Source: an uncultured Methanosarcinaceae archaeon (GTDB lineage: Archaea; Halobacteriota; Methanosarcinia; Methanosarcinales; Methanosarcinaceae). Taken from it: 64,000 nt of DNA. The stretch covers positions 1,088,001 through 1,152,000 of the forward strand of contig CAWJYV010000008.1 of assembly GCA_963847185.1 (NCBI GenBank), read 5' to 3'. The notes under the pieces were generated by a model. The model was not told the origin of the DNA and ran no database searches. It saw nothing but the letters and a program-made list of their open reading frames with translations. Positions 56,281 to 64,000 of this stretch are shown here, piece after piece. Made by a program: the position numbers and the translations under genes. The stretch's first letter is position 1; each line of letters begins with the position of its first letter.

Positions 56281-56466
56281 GTGATAAAACTATGGGAGTA
56301 TGATGCTCGCAGGATTCACGCAGTACACATGCCACAGCAGATGAGCGACCTCGAAAGAATCGGAAATGAAGGTTGGGAACTTGTTGTTATTAAGGATGAT
56401 ATTGATGAAGAAGGGACAGTAACTGCAATTTTTAAAAGGGAGAAAGCAAACATAGGAGAAGAGTGA
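56281..56466 (+). CDS. Small DUF4177-like protein (61 aa)
   Basis: WEY...L..IG.EGWELV...IFKR pattern and GAGGGGG SD. Confidence 0.7.
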   Translation: MIKLWEYDARRIHAVHMPQQMSDLERIGNEGWELVVIKDDIDEEGTVTAIFKREKANIGEE

Positions 56467-56516
56467 CTGATTCAGACTTACTGCTTTTAACCTGATATAT
56501 TTTAATTTACTTATCT

Positions 56517-56581
<65 letters not shown>

Positions 56582-56700
56582 GCCTATTTCTTTCAACTTA
56601 CTAAATATGCAGGCGGAAACCTTCATATCTAAATTTTTACCGCAGAAAGAAGGAAAGAATATTAACATTTGTTTAATATTTGTTCATTTTGAAGAAAAGA

Positions 56701-56901
56701 TTGCGTTCCCATCTTGAATCTTTGGAAGTTCCGAACGGCACTTAAGAGATCTTTTATGAAGAGGTTTAGTATTGGACTCAAGGGTTGTGAGCTCTCTAAT
56801 TATTTTCTCTTCACTTATAGAGTAGATTTTTCGGAGTAGGCGTTGAAGTAGTTCTTGTGGAATAGGTCTTTGCTCTGTGGTCTTGATAGATGAGAACGCA
56901 A
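56701..56901 (-). ncRNA. Candidate structured ncRNA, paralog A
   Basis: 14-bp terminal stem UUGCGUUCUCAUCU/AGAUGGGAACGCAA, TATA TTATATAG 27 nt upstream, pyrimidine tail, internal motifs shared with 57755-57944. Confidence 0.65.
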
Positions 56902-57259
56902 TTTATACTAGGACCTCAACCTATATAATATTTTTAATGTATAATAATATTTTATTTTTCTATTCCTGCATTATTAATCTAACTTTTTTTCATTGGTCTA
57001 ACTTTACAACACCAAACTTTGGTCATCCAATGGTGCATCCTCAAAAATTACAGCTTATCTTATTTTAGAGTAATTAAAATCGGTCAGTTGCTGTTGAAAT
57101 TAGTAATCAAGAAGTTTATACTTTTAACTTTTAATACAATAAACCGCAAACAGCTATTCAAAATCAGTATAAATATATTTATTTGATTTTTTAGAAAATA
57201 ATAAATACTGTTATATCTAATTATTTTTATGGATTGATAGAACATCAGGAGGAATAGGT

Positions 57260-57619
57260 ATTAAAAAACTTAATTTTATTTTGATCTTACTTGTCTTAGC
57301 ATTACTGACAGTAAACCCCGCTGCTTCAAGACCAGAGAGAATAATAATAAGAGAAAGTACACTTATATATCCTGCTGGCTCATATTATGAAAAGAATCCC
57401 ATGTTTTTGAGCATTCACACATCTGGAAATTATAGTAAGGTACAAAATCAGATGCCCACATTGAATGAAGCTCCTGGAAACTCTGAAAACAGAAAAGAAG
57501 ATATATCTCCGTATAATTCCGATGATCAAACAAATCGTTACAGGAAATTTGACATCGGATATTGCTGTATGCGAATTGACAATTTTCTTTTTTCCTGGAG
57601 AATTTCTGACGTATCCTGA
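57260..57619 (+). CDS. Small secreted hypothetical protein, possibly ATT-initiated
   Basis: AGGAGG lies 7 nt before an in-frame ATT (57260), giving the signal peptide (M)KKLNFILILLVLALLTVNPAAS. Confidence 0.5.
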   Translation: MKKLNFILILLVLALLTVNPAASRPERIIIRESTLIYPAGSYYEKNPMFLSIHTSGNYSKVQNQMPTLNEAPGNSENRKEDISPYNSDDQTNRYRKFDIGYCCMRIDNFLFSWRISDVS

Positions 57620-57754
57620 TATTTTGAAATCTAAAAACGCTAATTAAGATTTTGAAATACTAAAAGATAATGGATTAATTCACTTAATATTCTTAAAGGA
57701 ATCCTTAATAAATAGAATTTATGTTTGATTCAATAATTCTTTTTAAAAGAGGAA

Positions 57755-57944
57755 GCGTTCTCATCCAAAAAATACCTGGGAGTTCCGAACGATATTCAAG
57801 AGACTCACTTTATTTTAGTTGGGGAAGAGGTTTTGAGGTACTTTCACTTTGGTTGCGAGTTTCTTTTCTATCTCTTTATTTGTGGAGTAGTGTTCTGGAG
57901 TAGGTGTTGTCTGCTAGTGGGGTGTTAAAGAGATGAGAACGCAA
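57755..57944 (-). ncRNA. Candidate structured ncRNA, paralog B
   Basis: Same 5' end UUGCGUUCUCAUCU closing on GGAUGAGAACGC, TATA TTATATAT 27 nt upstream, tail UUCCUCUUUU. Confidence 0.65.
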
Positions 57945-58137
57945 ATTATAGTATGCAGTCATCATATATAATATTTTTAACACTTAATATTATTCGATCA
58001 CTCATTGATTAGTTCATCTCTATAATTATTTATTCATTGATTTAATGTTATACTACCTTACTTAGGATATAGATGAAAAACTGATCAAACCAAAAAGGAA
58101 AAACTAATTTCCGGATAAAAAGAGTCACTTAACTGGC

Positions 58138-60699
58138 TCATTTCATCCGGGTATTATACGTATGATATACCGTGTATATCAAATAAAGAAGGAAAGCCAG
58201 GAAGATGATATATTTTGTATACAAGACCTTTACCATGGCTTTCTTTTCCGTACTGGTTAAGGAGTCGCTCGTTATTCGCGAATAGATATCACCTGTGGTG
58301 TAAACCTTTCCGCCGTTTTCAAGCAGGGCTGTTCTGAAGAGGGGGTTTTCTCCAATATGAGTGTACTCGTCAGGACAGTTCGCTGATGCAGGTCTCCATG
58401 AAGAGCTATCTACACCGAACTTTTCAGGAGTAAGTTTTTCAGTCTGGTTTATACCGGCAGGTTTTTCTGAGATCTTATGGAGTCCGAACGTATCCGGGGT
58501 AACATATGACTCATACATACTGTCTCCGATAGGTGTTATTTCCATACGTTTCTTATCGAAATAGAGTTCTGGGGCTCCTTCTGTTTTTGTTGTGATAAGG
58601 ACTCTGCCTGGCTGATCTACTTTAAGGTCAGGAACTTTTAGCTGGATATTTTCCGACATCTCGGTATCCGCAACTGCCCAGTTAAGAGTTCTTGTAACAA
58701 TCAGGCTATCGTTTCCTGAGTAGAGGCCAGAGGCCCAGGGCATGTCATGGCCGTAACCGTTATCAGTCGTAATCGCTGCAACACGACCAAGGCCAAGTCT
58801 CCAGATCGTGAGAACGGGTTTGCCCAATCTTGTTGTCACGAGTCGGTTTGCTTCGGGTTTTGGAGTTACTTCATTATAACCTAAAACATCACTTTCAGTT
58901 TCAGGCAAATCCTTTGTAATGAAGTGTCTGGGGTCGCAAACTATCAATGAACCGCTGGAATAATTCTCCTCTTTTTCTTCGGACTCTTCCGAATTCTCGT
59001 TAGAGAAACTGACGTTAATTCTCTGTCCTGGTTCTAGCTTTTTGTAGTTTTCAGATAGACCTAGTCTGTTCATGAAGAGATCTGGATAATATTTGCCTTT
59101 GGGAGTAACCTGATATTGCGTTCTTGGAGCGTGAATATGAACAAAGTGAATACCTATCCCTTTTTCACGAAGCATTTTAGCACAATTAACTGCCTTCTCA
59201 AATCTATTATCCCCTTCAGCCGTATTGCCGATTCCTCCATCCGAAACTATTACAATTTCAGCATCTGCACTTTCGTTCTGTGCTTTAAGCAGATTGCGTG
59301 CAGTAATTAATCCTTTTTCGAGAGATGTCGAATCTCCGGATGGCTTTATTTTGCGAATCTCAGTGTCAAGCCACAATCTATTCGACTCTTTTGACATATC
59401 CAGGAATCCGTTAGTTATATCCTGTCCCTTGCTTCCGAAAGTAATTACATTTACTCTTGCATCTTTTAAAAGATCGCTTTCAAGAAGAAGTACTGCATTT
59501 GACAGGATATCGTCCAGGACCCGTCCTCCAACATTATTGCTTTGAAGGGTGCTGGGCGAAACATCAAGTATCAAAACGACATTCCTGCCTCCTCTCCAGC
59601 TTGAAGGCTTTGAGATCACCGGAAGGAGTTCTTCAAATTGTGTATTTTGATACGTGCTATCTGCAGGATAATCGAAAGAGTCATCTCCCCCAACTACCAC
59701 CATACCGCCTCCTCCGATGATGTATTTCCTCAAGGCATCGACTTCAGAATCTGAGATTGTCGACGCAGCCTGATTGTCGAGAATGACTGCATCGAACCCT
59801 TCAAGGGAACCGATTGATCTGGAAGAGGATACATCATAAACTTCATTCAACATGTTTGCCAGGGAAGAATCAGGTTCTTTCGTTACAAAAAATACCCTGG
59901 GCTTTGGGGTTACGTATACGCATTTCATGTACTGGTTATTGTTCTCAAAATAATCCAGGCTCTTTACATTTATGGCTGCAGGATGAAGAGTTGCTTTTAT
60001 TGTGTGCGGGCCCAGTGTATCGAAAGTATGATTGAGTTCAATGCTTTCTATTCTTCCGGTCTGAGTAATTTCCTTTTCCATTACCTGTTTGCGGTCAACT
60101 GTAACTCTAACCTGATACTTCATTTCGTTTTCAGTAGATTTTCTAATATTTAGCTTGAAAAAAGCCTCATTATCTATTACAAGCTCATTTTCTCCTTCGA
60201 TTTCTATACTGAGGTCCTCTTTGAGAGTATGCGGGATAAGTGCGGATACAGGGAAATTGTTTTTTTGGCAATAGGAGAGAGCCTCTTCAATTGAAGTTCC
60301 TGAATTGCTCTGTCCGTCAGAAACTACGAGTACATAGTTTTCAGGAGAAGCCTGCTGGATAATAGCATCCCCAAGAGAAGTATGCTGCCCCGAAAGCGTT
60401 GTAATGGTGACCGGGATCTTACTGTTAAGTTTTTCAGAAATGTTTTCCGGAACTCCCTTTTGGAAAAGCTCCATACTGGTACTCTCGTCAGATATTATGG
60501 TTATTTTGGATTGGCTGGTTTTCGGGAAACTCATCTCTGTAGAAAAAGGAGCTGCAAGCGCTATAATCAGGAGGGACGCAACAAGCGCATGGAAAAACAA
60601 ATGTTTTCTACTGATTTTTGTTTTTAGCCCCAGAAGTACGAGAATTGCCAGAGGAAGCAGGAGGATTAATTCCGTTTTGTATAGAAAATCAAAGCTCAT
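58138..60699 (-). CDS. Membrane-anchored vWA/glutamine-amidotransferase-like domain protein
   Basis: N-terminal TMs, DESTSM and LILDVSPST (MIDAS-like), VSDG twice, GGGMVVVGG, GLGRVAA and a C-terminal TM. Confidence 0.85.
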   Translation of the reverse strand: MSFDFLYKTELILLLPLAILVLLGLKTKISRKHLFFHALVASLLIIALAAPFSTEMSFPKTSQSKITIISDESTSMELFQKGVPENISEKLNSKIPVTITTLSGQHTSLGDAIIQQASPENYVLVVSDGQSNSGTSIEEALSYCQKNNFPVSALIPHTLKEDLSIEIEGENELVIDNEAFFKLNIRKSTENEMKYQVRVTVDRKQVMEKEITQTGRIESIELNHTFDTLGPHTIKATLHPAAINVKSLDYFENNNQYMKCVYVTPKPRVFFVTKEPDSSLANMLNEVYDVSSSRSIGSLEGFDAVILDNQAASTISDSEVDALRKYIIGGGGMVVVGGDDSFDYPADSTYQNTQFEELLPVISKPSSWRGGRNVVLILDVSPSTLQSNNVGGRVLDDILSNAVLLLESDLLKDARVNVITFGSKGQDITNGFLDMSKESNRLWLDTEIRKIKPSGDSTSLEKGLITARNLLKAQNESADAEIVIVSDGGIGNTAEGDNRFEKAVNCAKMLREKGIGIHFVHIHAPRTQYQVTPKGKYYPDLFMNRLGLSENYKKLEPGQRINVSFSNENSEESEEKEENYSSGSLIVCDPRHFITKDLPETESDVLGYNEVTPKPEANRLVTTRLGKPVLTIWRLGLGRVAAITTDNGYGHDMPWASGLYSGNDSLIVTRTLNWAVADTEMSENIQLKVPDLKVDQPGRVLITTKTEGAPELYFDKKRMEITPIGDSMYESYVTPDTFGLHKISEKPAGINQTEKLTPEKFGVDSSSWRPASANCPDEYTHIGENPLFRTALLENGGKVYTTGDIYSRITSDSLTSTEKKAMVKVLYTKYIIFLAFLLYLIYTVYHTYNTRMK

Positions 60700-62594
60700 A
60701 TGATTTTCCTCCTGAGCATGATAAAGTTTTCAATAATAAGCAGTAGCAACAGGATGTAAATTATGTATTTTCGGATTTTGTCCGGGGACCTGGTCTGCAG
60801 ATCTTCTTTTTTAATCTCTGCGTTCTCACCTTCCAGATCCAATCTTTTTTCCGTGAAGGTATTTGATTCTGCGGAATCGTAAAGGTTGGCAGCAACAGTT
60901 TTCTGGTTAAGGTGGTAGAGCCCGCATTCATCATAGTAAATGAACTTGCTGCTTATAGTTTCCGTAGGGGTTTTGATTATGGTATTCTGGTCGAATGCCT
61001 GGTACCTGCCTGTGTTTACATTGGTTTCGCTGATATCATCGATTCCCCATATATACTTGAGAAGTTTTGCCCAGAAAACAGGATATGTAGGGATAGTAGG
61101 GAAATTTGTCCAGGCTTCGTTTTCAATAGTGTCACTCAGCCCAACATAGGTCGTTGTCCCATCTTTTATATTCCACGCACAAACAACAGGTCCGACCCCT
61201 TCAAGTTCGGCAAGCACCGAAATATTATCCTTCGGAACAGCAACAAGATATTTGCGCAGGTACACCTCGTCAAATGCCACTTCCTCAAAAATATTGTTTC
61301 CACTTCCTGCAGTTTCAATCGTGTGGCTGTCTTCTTCTTTAATTGAAACTATATCTACGGGAAGGATCGGATAAAGCCCATGCATTTCTGAAGAATTATA
61401 CAGGCAGCCGTTTCCTATAACAATCAGATTTTTTCCGTTTTTCGCATATGTTACTACTTTCCTGATATCGGAGCTTGAAAGAGGTTCATACTCGCAACTT
61501 ATCACAATAGTATCATACTTTTCAAAGTCTTCCGGCAGCTTATTCTGCACATCGACATTATTATCAGGCATCAAGGATAGTGCTGTTATTACAGGAGACT
61601 TGCTGGAAGCAGGATCAATGTCTGTTAATATAAGCATTTTTTTCGGAGTGATTTCAGGAATGGAGATATGGGCAATGTTATCACAGGAGACTGCATCCTT
61701 ATTTTGAATTTTCACAGCTGAAGCACCCTCTGGAATACTGGAAAATGTTATTTGCTGAGCTCCGAACCCATCCAGGGAAAGTGAATTGTTTATTTTTTGA
61801 GGGGAAAAGAGCCCGGATTTACTTTCCAGTTGAACATCGAGCCTTGCACTCTCATTGCCGAAATTTTTGACAGTACACATATAATCATATGTGCCATCAT
61901 TACGGTCTTTCAAATAACCGTTTACGATTGCGTAGTTAATAGCGGGTTTACCTACCTGCCTGAACTCAAGTTGCATGTTTTTTGCGTTAGCAATTTTGAC
62001 GTATGTTTCAGGAGCCCTTCCTGCCCAGTTTTCAAAATCCGAGATCACGACGATTTTTGCATTTTCATTTTCCTCATCATTCACAACAGTAAGAATCGAT
62101 TCAGGCACATCTGCAGGTGTATCTCGAGCTTCCATGCTGCTGACAAGTTCTTTTGCGTTTTTCGAATCAATGGCCTTCGCAAGCACTACAGGAATGCTTT
62201 CCGCAGCAATAATTGTATTTTCTTTTCCCAGGCTCTCTATTGCGATGGACCTGGCGGCATCAATACGGTCAGGTACGCTCATGCTGGCTGAAGAGTCTAT
62301 TATGACTACAACTTTTTCCGAGTTTTCTGAAATGCTATCCAGTAAAGGACCTGCAATGGCAATTGATAAAAGGACCAGCGTAAGTAATTGTAAGAAAAAA
62401 AGAGGATCTGTGATTTTCTTAGTAATTTTGCGCCTGGAAGCGCTTACATTCTGGCTTATTCTTTGAACAAACATTAAAGAAGGGAGGATTATCTGTTTTG
62501 GCCTGGGTTTAAGTAAATATACTATTATCAGGGGAATTATACCTGCAAGTGCAACCAGGCCCGGGGGAAATTCATAGTCCATAGGCAGGATCAC
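60696..62594 (-). CDS. BatA-like N-terminal double-TM plus vWA domain protein
   Basis: IPLIIVYLLKPRPK...PSLMF (BatA motif), VIIDSSASM, VISDF and a C-terminal TM. Confidence 0.88.
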   Translation of the reverse strand: MILPMDYEFPPGLVALAGIIPLIIVYLLKPRPKQIILPSLMFVQRISQNVSASRRKITKKITDPLFFLQLLTLVLLSIAIAGPLLDSISENSEKVVVIIDSSASMSVPDRIDAARSIAIESLGKENTIIAAESIPVVLAKAIDSKNAKELVSSMEARDTPADVPESILTVVNDEENENAKIVVISDFENWAGRAPETYVKIANAKNMQLEFRQVGKPAINYAIVNGYLKDRNDGTYDYMCTVKNFGNESARLDVQLESKSGLFSPQKINNSLSLDGFGAQQITFSSIPEGASAVKIQNKDAVSCDNIAHISIPEITPKKMLILTDIDPASSKSPVITALSLMPDNNVDVQNKLPEDFEKYDTIVISCEYEPLSSSDIRKVVTYAKNGKNLIVIGNGCLYNSSEMHGLYPILPVDIVSIKEEDSHTIETAGSGNNIFEEVAFDEVYLRKYLVAVPKDNISVLAELEGVGPVVCAWNIKDGTTTYVGLSDTIENEAWTNFPTIPTYPVFWAKLLKYIWGIDDISETNVNTGRYQAFDQNTIIKTPTETISSKFIYYDECGLYHLNQKTVAANLYDSAESNTFTEKRLDLEGENAEIKKEDLQTRSPDKIRKYIIYILLLLLIIENFIMLRRKII

Positions 62595-63472
62595 CTTTCA
62601 CCTATGATTGTAAGAACAGCATCAATCGGTCTATTCTCAATGCTGACGCTGAAATATGGAATTTTAAAGTCGTATGCAATTTTATCCATTTCAGCCATAT
62701 GTTTCTGGTACTCGGCAGCGTATTCTTTTTTAAACTCCGGCCCTACGGAAATGTTGAATTCTTCATTTGTCTCACTGTCAATGAATTTGACCGTACCGTC
62801 TATGGTTTCAGGCAGGGAAATCTCGGTTTCGTCATAAAGATGCACAAGCACAATTTCGTGCTTGGAAAGCCTGTGGACAGCATGCCGGATGGAATCAAGA
62901 TTGTCCAGAAAATCCGAGATTATTAAGACCATTGATTTCGATTTTATTCTGGAATATATTGAATCTGCACAGTCTGCAAGCTTTGTCTTTCCATTAACCG
63001 AAATTGAGGATAAGTTGTCAATGGTCCGAAGGAATTCTTCTCTGCCTTTGCGGGCTTTAGAATAATCTACATCATCCGCAAACGTTGCAATCATGTACTG
63101 GTCGTTATATCTCATTACAATATAAGAGATTCCAAGGGCTATCGTTGATGCATATTCGAATTTGTTAGGAGATTTCTCAGGAAACAGCATGCTGCTGCTG
63201 GCATCAAGAAGTATGATCATATTCAGGTTTTTGTCCTCTTCGAACCTGCGTATGTAGAGTTTTTCAGTACGCGCATAGAGGTTCCAATCTATCTTTTTTA
63301 ACGAATCACCCGGATTGTATTTCCTGTGGTCTACAAGGTCAAGTCCTGATCCCTTCTTTGTTGAGATATGGCTGCCCGAGTGGACCGCTGTTACTCTATT
63401 CCTGAGAGGAAGTGCATATCTATCAAGCTGATTCAGGAATGAAGTATCTATCTTATGTTTTGCTTCAGCCAT
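62591..63472 (-). CDS. DUF58 domain protein
   Basis: HRKYNPGDSLKKIDWNLYART..LYIRRFEE, LLDASSSM and IISDFL motifs. Confidence 0.92.
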   Translation of the reverse strand: MAEAKHKIDTSFLNQLDRYALPLRNRVTAVHSGSHISTKKGSGLDLVDHRKYNPGDSLKKIDWNLYARTEKLYIRRFEEDKNLNMIILLDASSSMLFPEKSPNKFEYASTIALGISYIVMRYNDQYMIATFADDVDYSKARKGREEFLRTIDNLSSISVNGKTKLADCADSIYSRIKSKSMVLIISDFLDNLDSIRHAVHRLSKHEIVLVHLYDETEISLPETIDGTVKFIDSETNEEFNISVGPEFKKEYAAEYQKHMAEMDKIAYDFKIPYFSVSIENRPIDAVLTIIGER

Positions 63473-63500
63473 ATTCTCTCCTGCCTCCAGCCTTGTTTTA

Positions 63501-64000
63501 TTACTGGCTGGGCTCTTTGAGTTGTTTTTTCTCCTCCAGGATTTTCAGGACGATGGAATCGCTGGTAATGCTGTTCCTTGCAGCATCGAATGAGAGTATG
63601 ATCCTGTGGCGAAGTACAGGCAGAGCCATAGAGTCAATATCCTCTTTTTCGACATATCCCCGGTTGTCAAGGAAGGCATTTGCTTTTGCACAGAGAATAA
63701 GGGCTATCGACGCACGTGGAGATGCACCTGCTTCTATCATTTCAGGCATCTCTCGAGTCTGGTTCACGATGTCTATTGCATACCTCTTTAGCTTATTCGA
63801 AATTGGAATCCTGCGGGTGATCTGCTGCAGCTCGAGGAAAGACTGTTTATCTATACATTTCTGAACGCTGGGCCTGAAAGCTTCAGCATATCGGTTTACA
63901 ATTTCAAATTCTTCTTCTTTGTCAGGATATTTCAGCTGGATCTTCATTAAAAACCTGTCAAGCTGGGCTTCGGGCAAAGCATAGGTCCCTTCCATTTCAA
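63501..64000 (-). CDS. MoxR-family AAA+ ATPase (C-terminal part; runs off window)
   Basis: [20 protein letters not shown] and PVLRHRI motifs. Confidence 0.92.
   Translation of the reverse strand, partial: EMEGTYALPEAQLDRFLMKIQLKYPDKEEEFEIVNRYAEAFRPSVQKCIDKQSFLELQQITRRIPISNKLKRYAIDIVNQTREMPEMIEAGASPRASIALILCAKANAFLDNRGYVEKEDIDSMALPVLRHRIILSFDAARNSITSDSIVLKILEEKKQLKEPSQ

Noticed and set aside
56701-56901. Bulge-helix-bulge or leaderless peptide (MRSHL..., 28 and 22 aa) in the twin units
   Set aside because: The BHB-like geometry has only 3 central bp and is absent in copy B. The peptides are not conserved beyond the shared stem sequence.

Overview
This is a chromosomal window from a methanogenic archaeon, most likely Methanosarcina, judged from the methanol methyltransferase genes mtaA/mtaCB and an archaeal 16S-tRNA-Ala-23S-5S operon with bulge-helix-bulge processing stems. 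The first half holds a beta-helix surface protein, a 1827-aa TPR protein, a macrodomain protein, mtaA convergent with mtaCB, the rRNA operon behind three tandem promoters, cbiZ, an AT-rich accessory stretch and phoA/pstS. The second half holds the trpCBADFEG operon, cyclophilin, gap, FBPase/IMPase, NAD kinase, aksA, a DUF3160-like lipoprotein, a split HEAT-repeat gene and a MoxR-DUF58-BatA/vWA-vWA operon. The strongest unannotated signal is a pair of paralogous ~190-200 nt minus-strand ncRNA candidates (56701-56901 and 57755-57944). They share identically spaced TATA promoters, self-closing terminal stems and ordered CU-rich motifs, and they flank a small secreted ORF. Other notable signals are a relic of a second mtaB allele abutting the mtaB stop, a double ribbon-helix-helix plus thioredoxin-like-fold protein, a further anti-SD sRNA candidate, several MITE/REP-like elements and a recent tandem duplication that creates a chimeric ORF. 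All calls come from motif recognition by eye and no searches were run.
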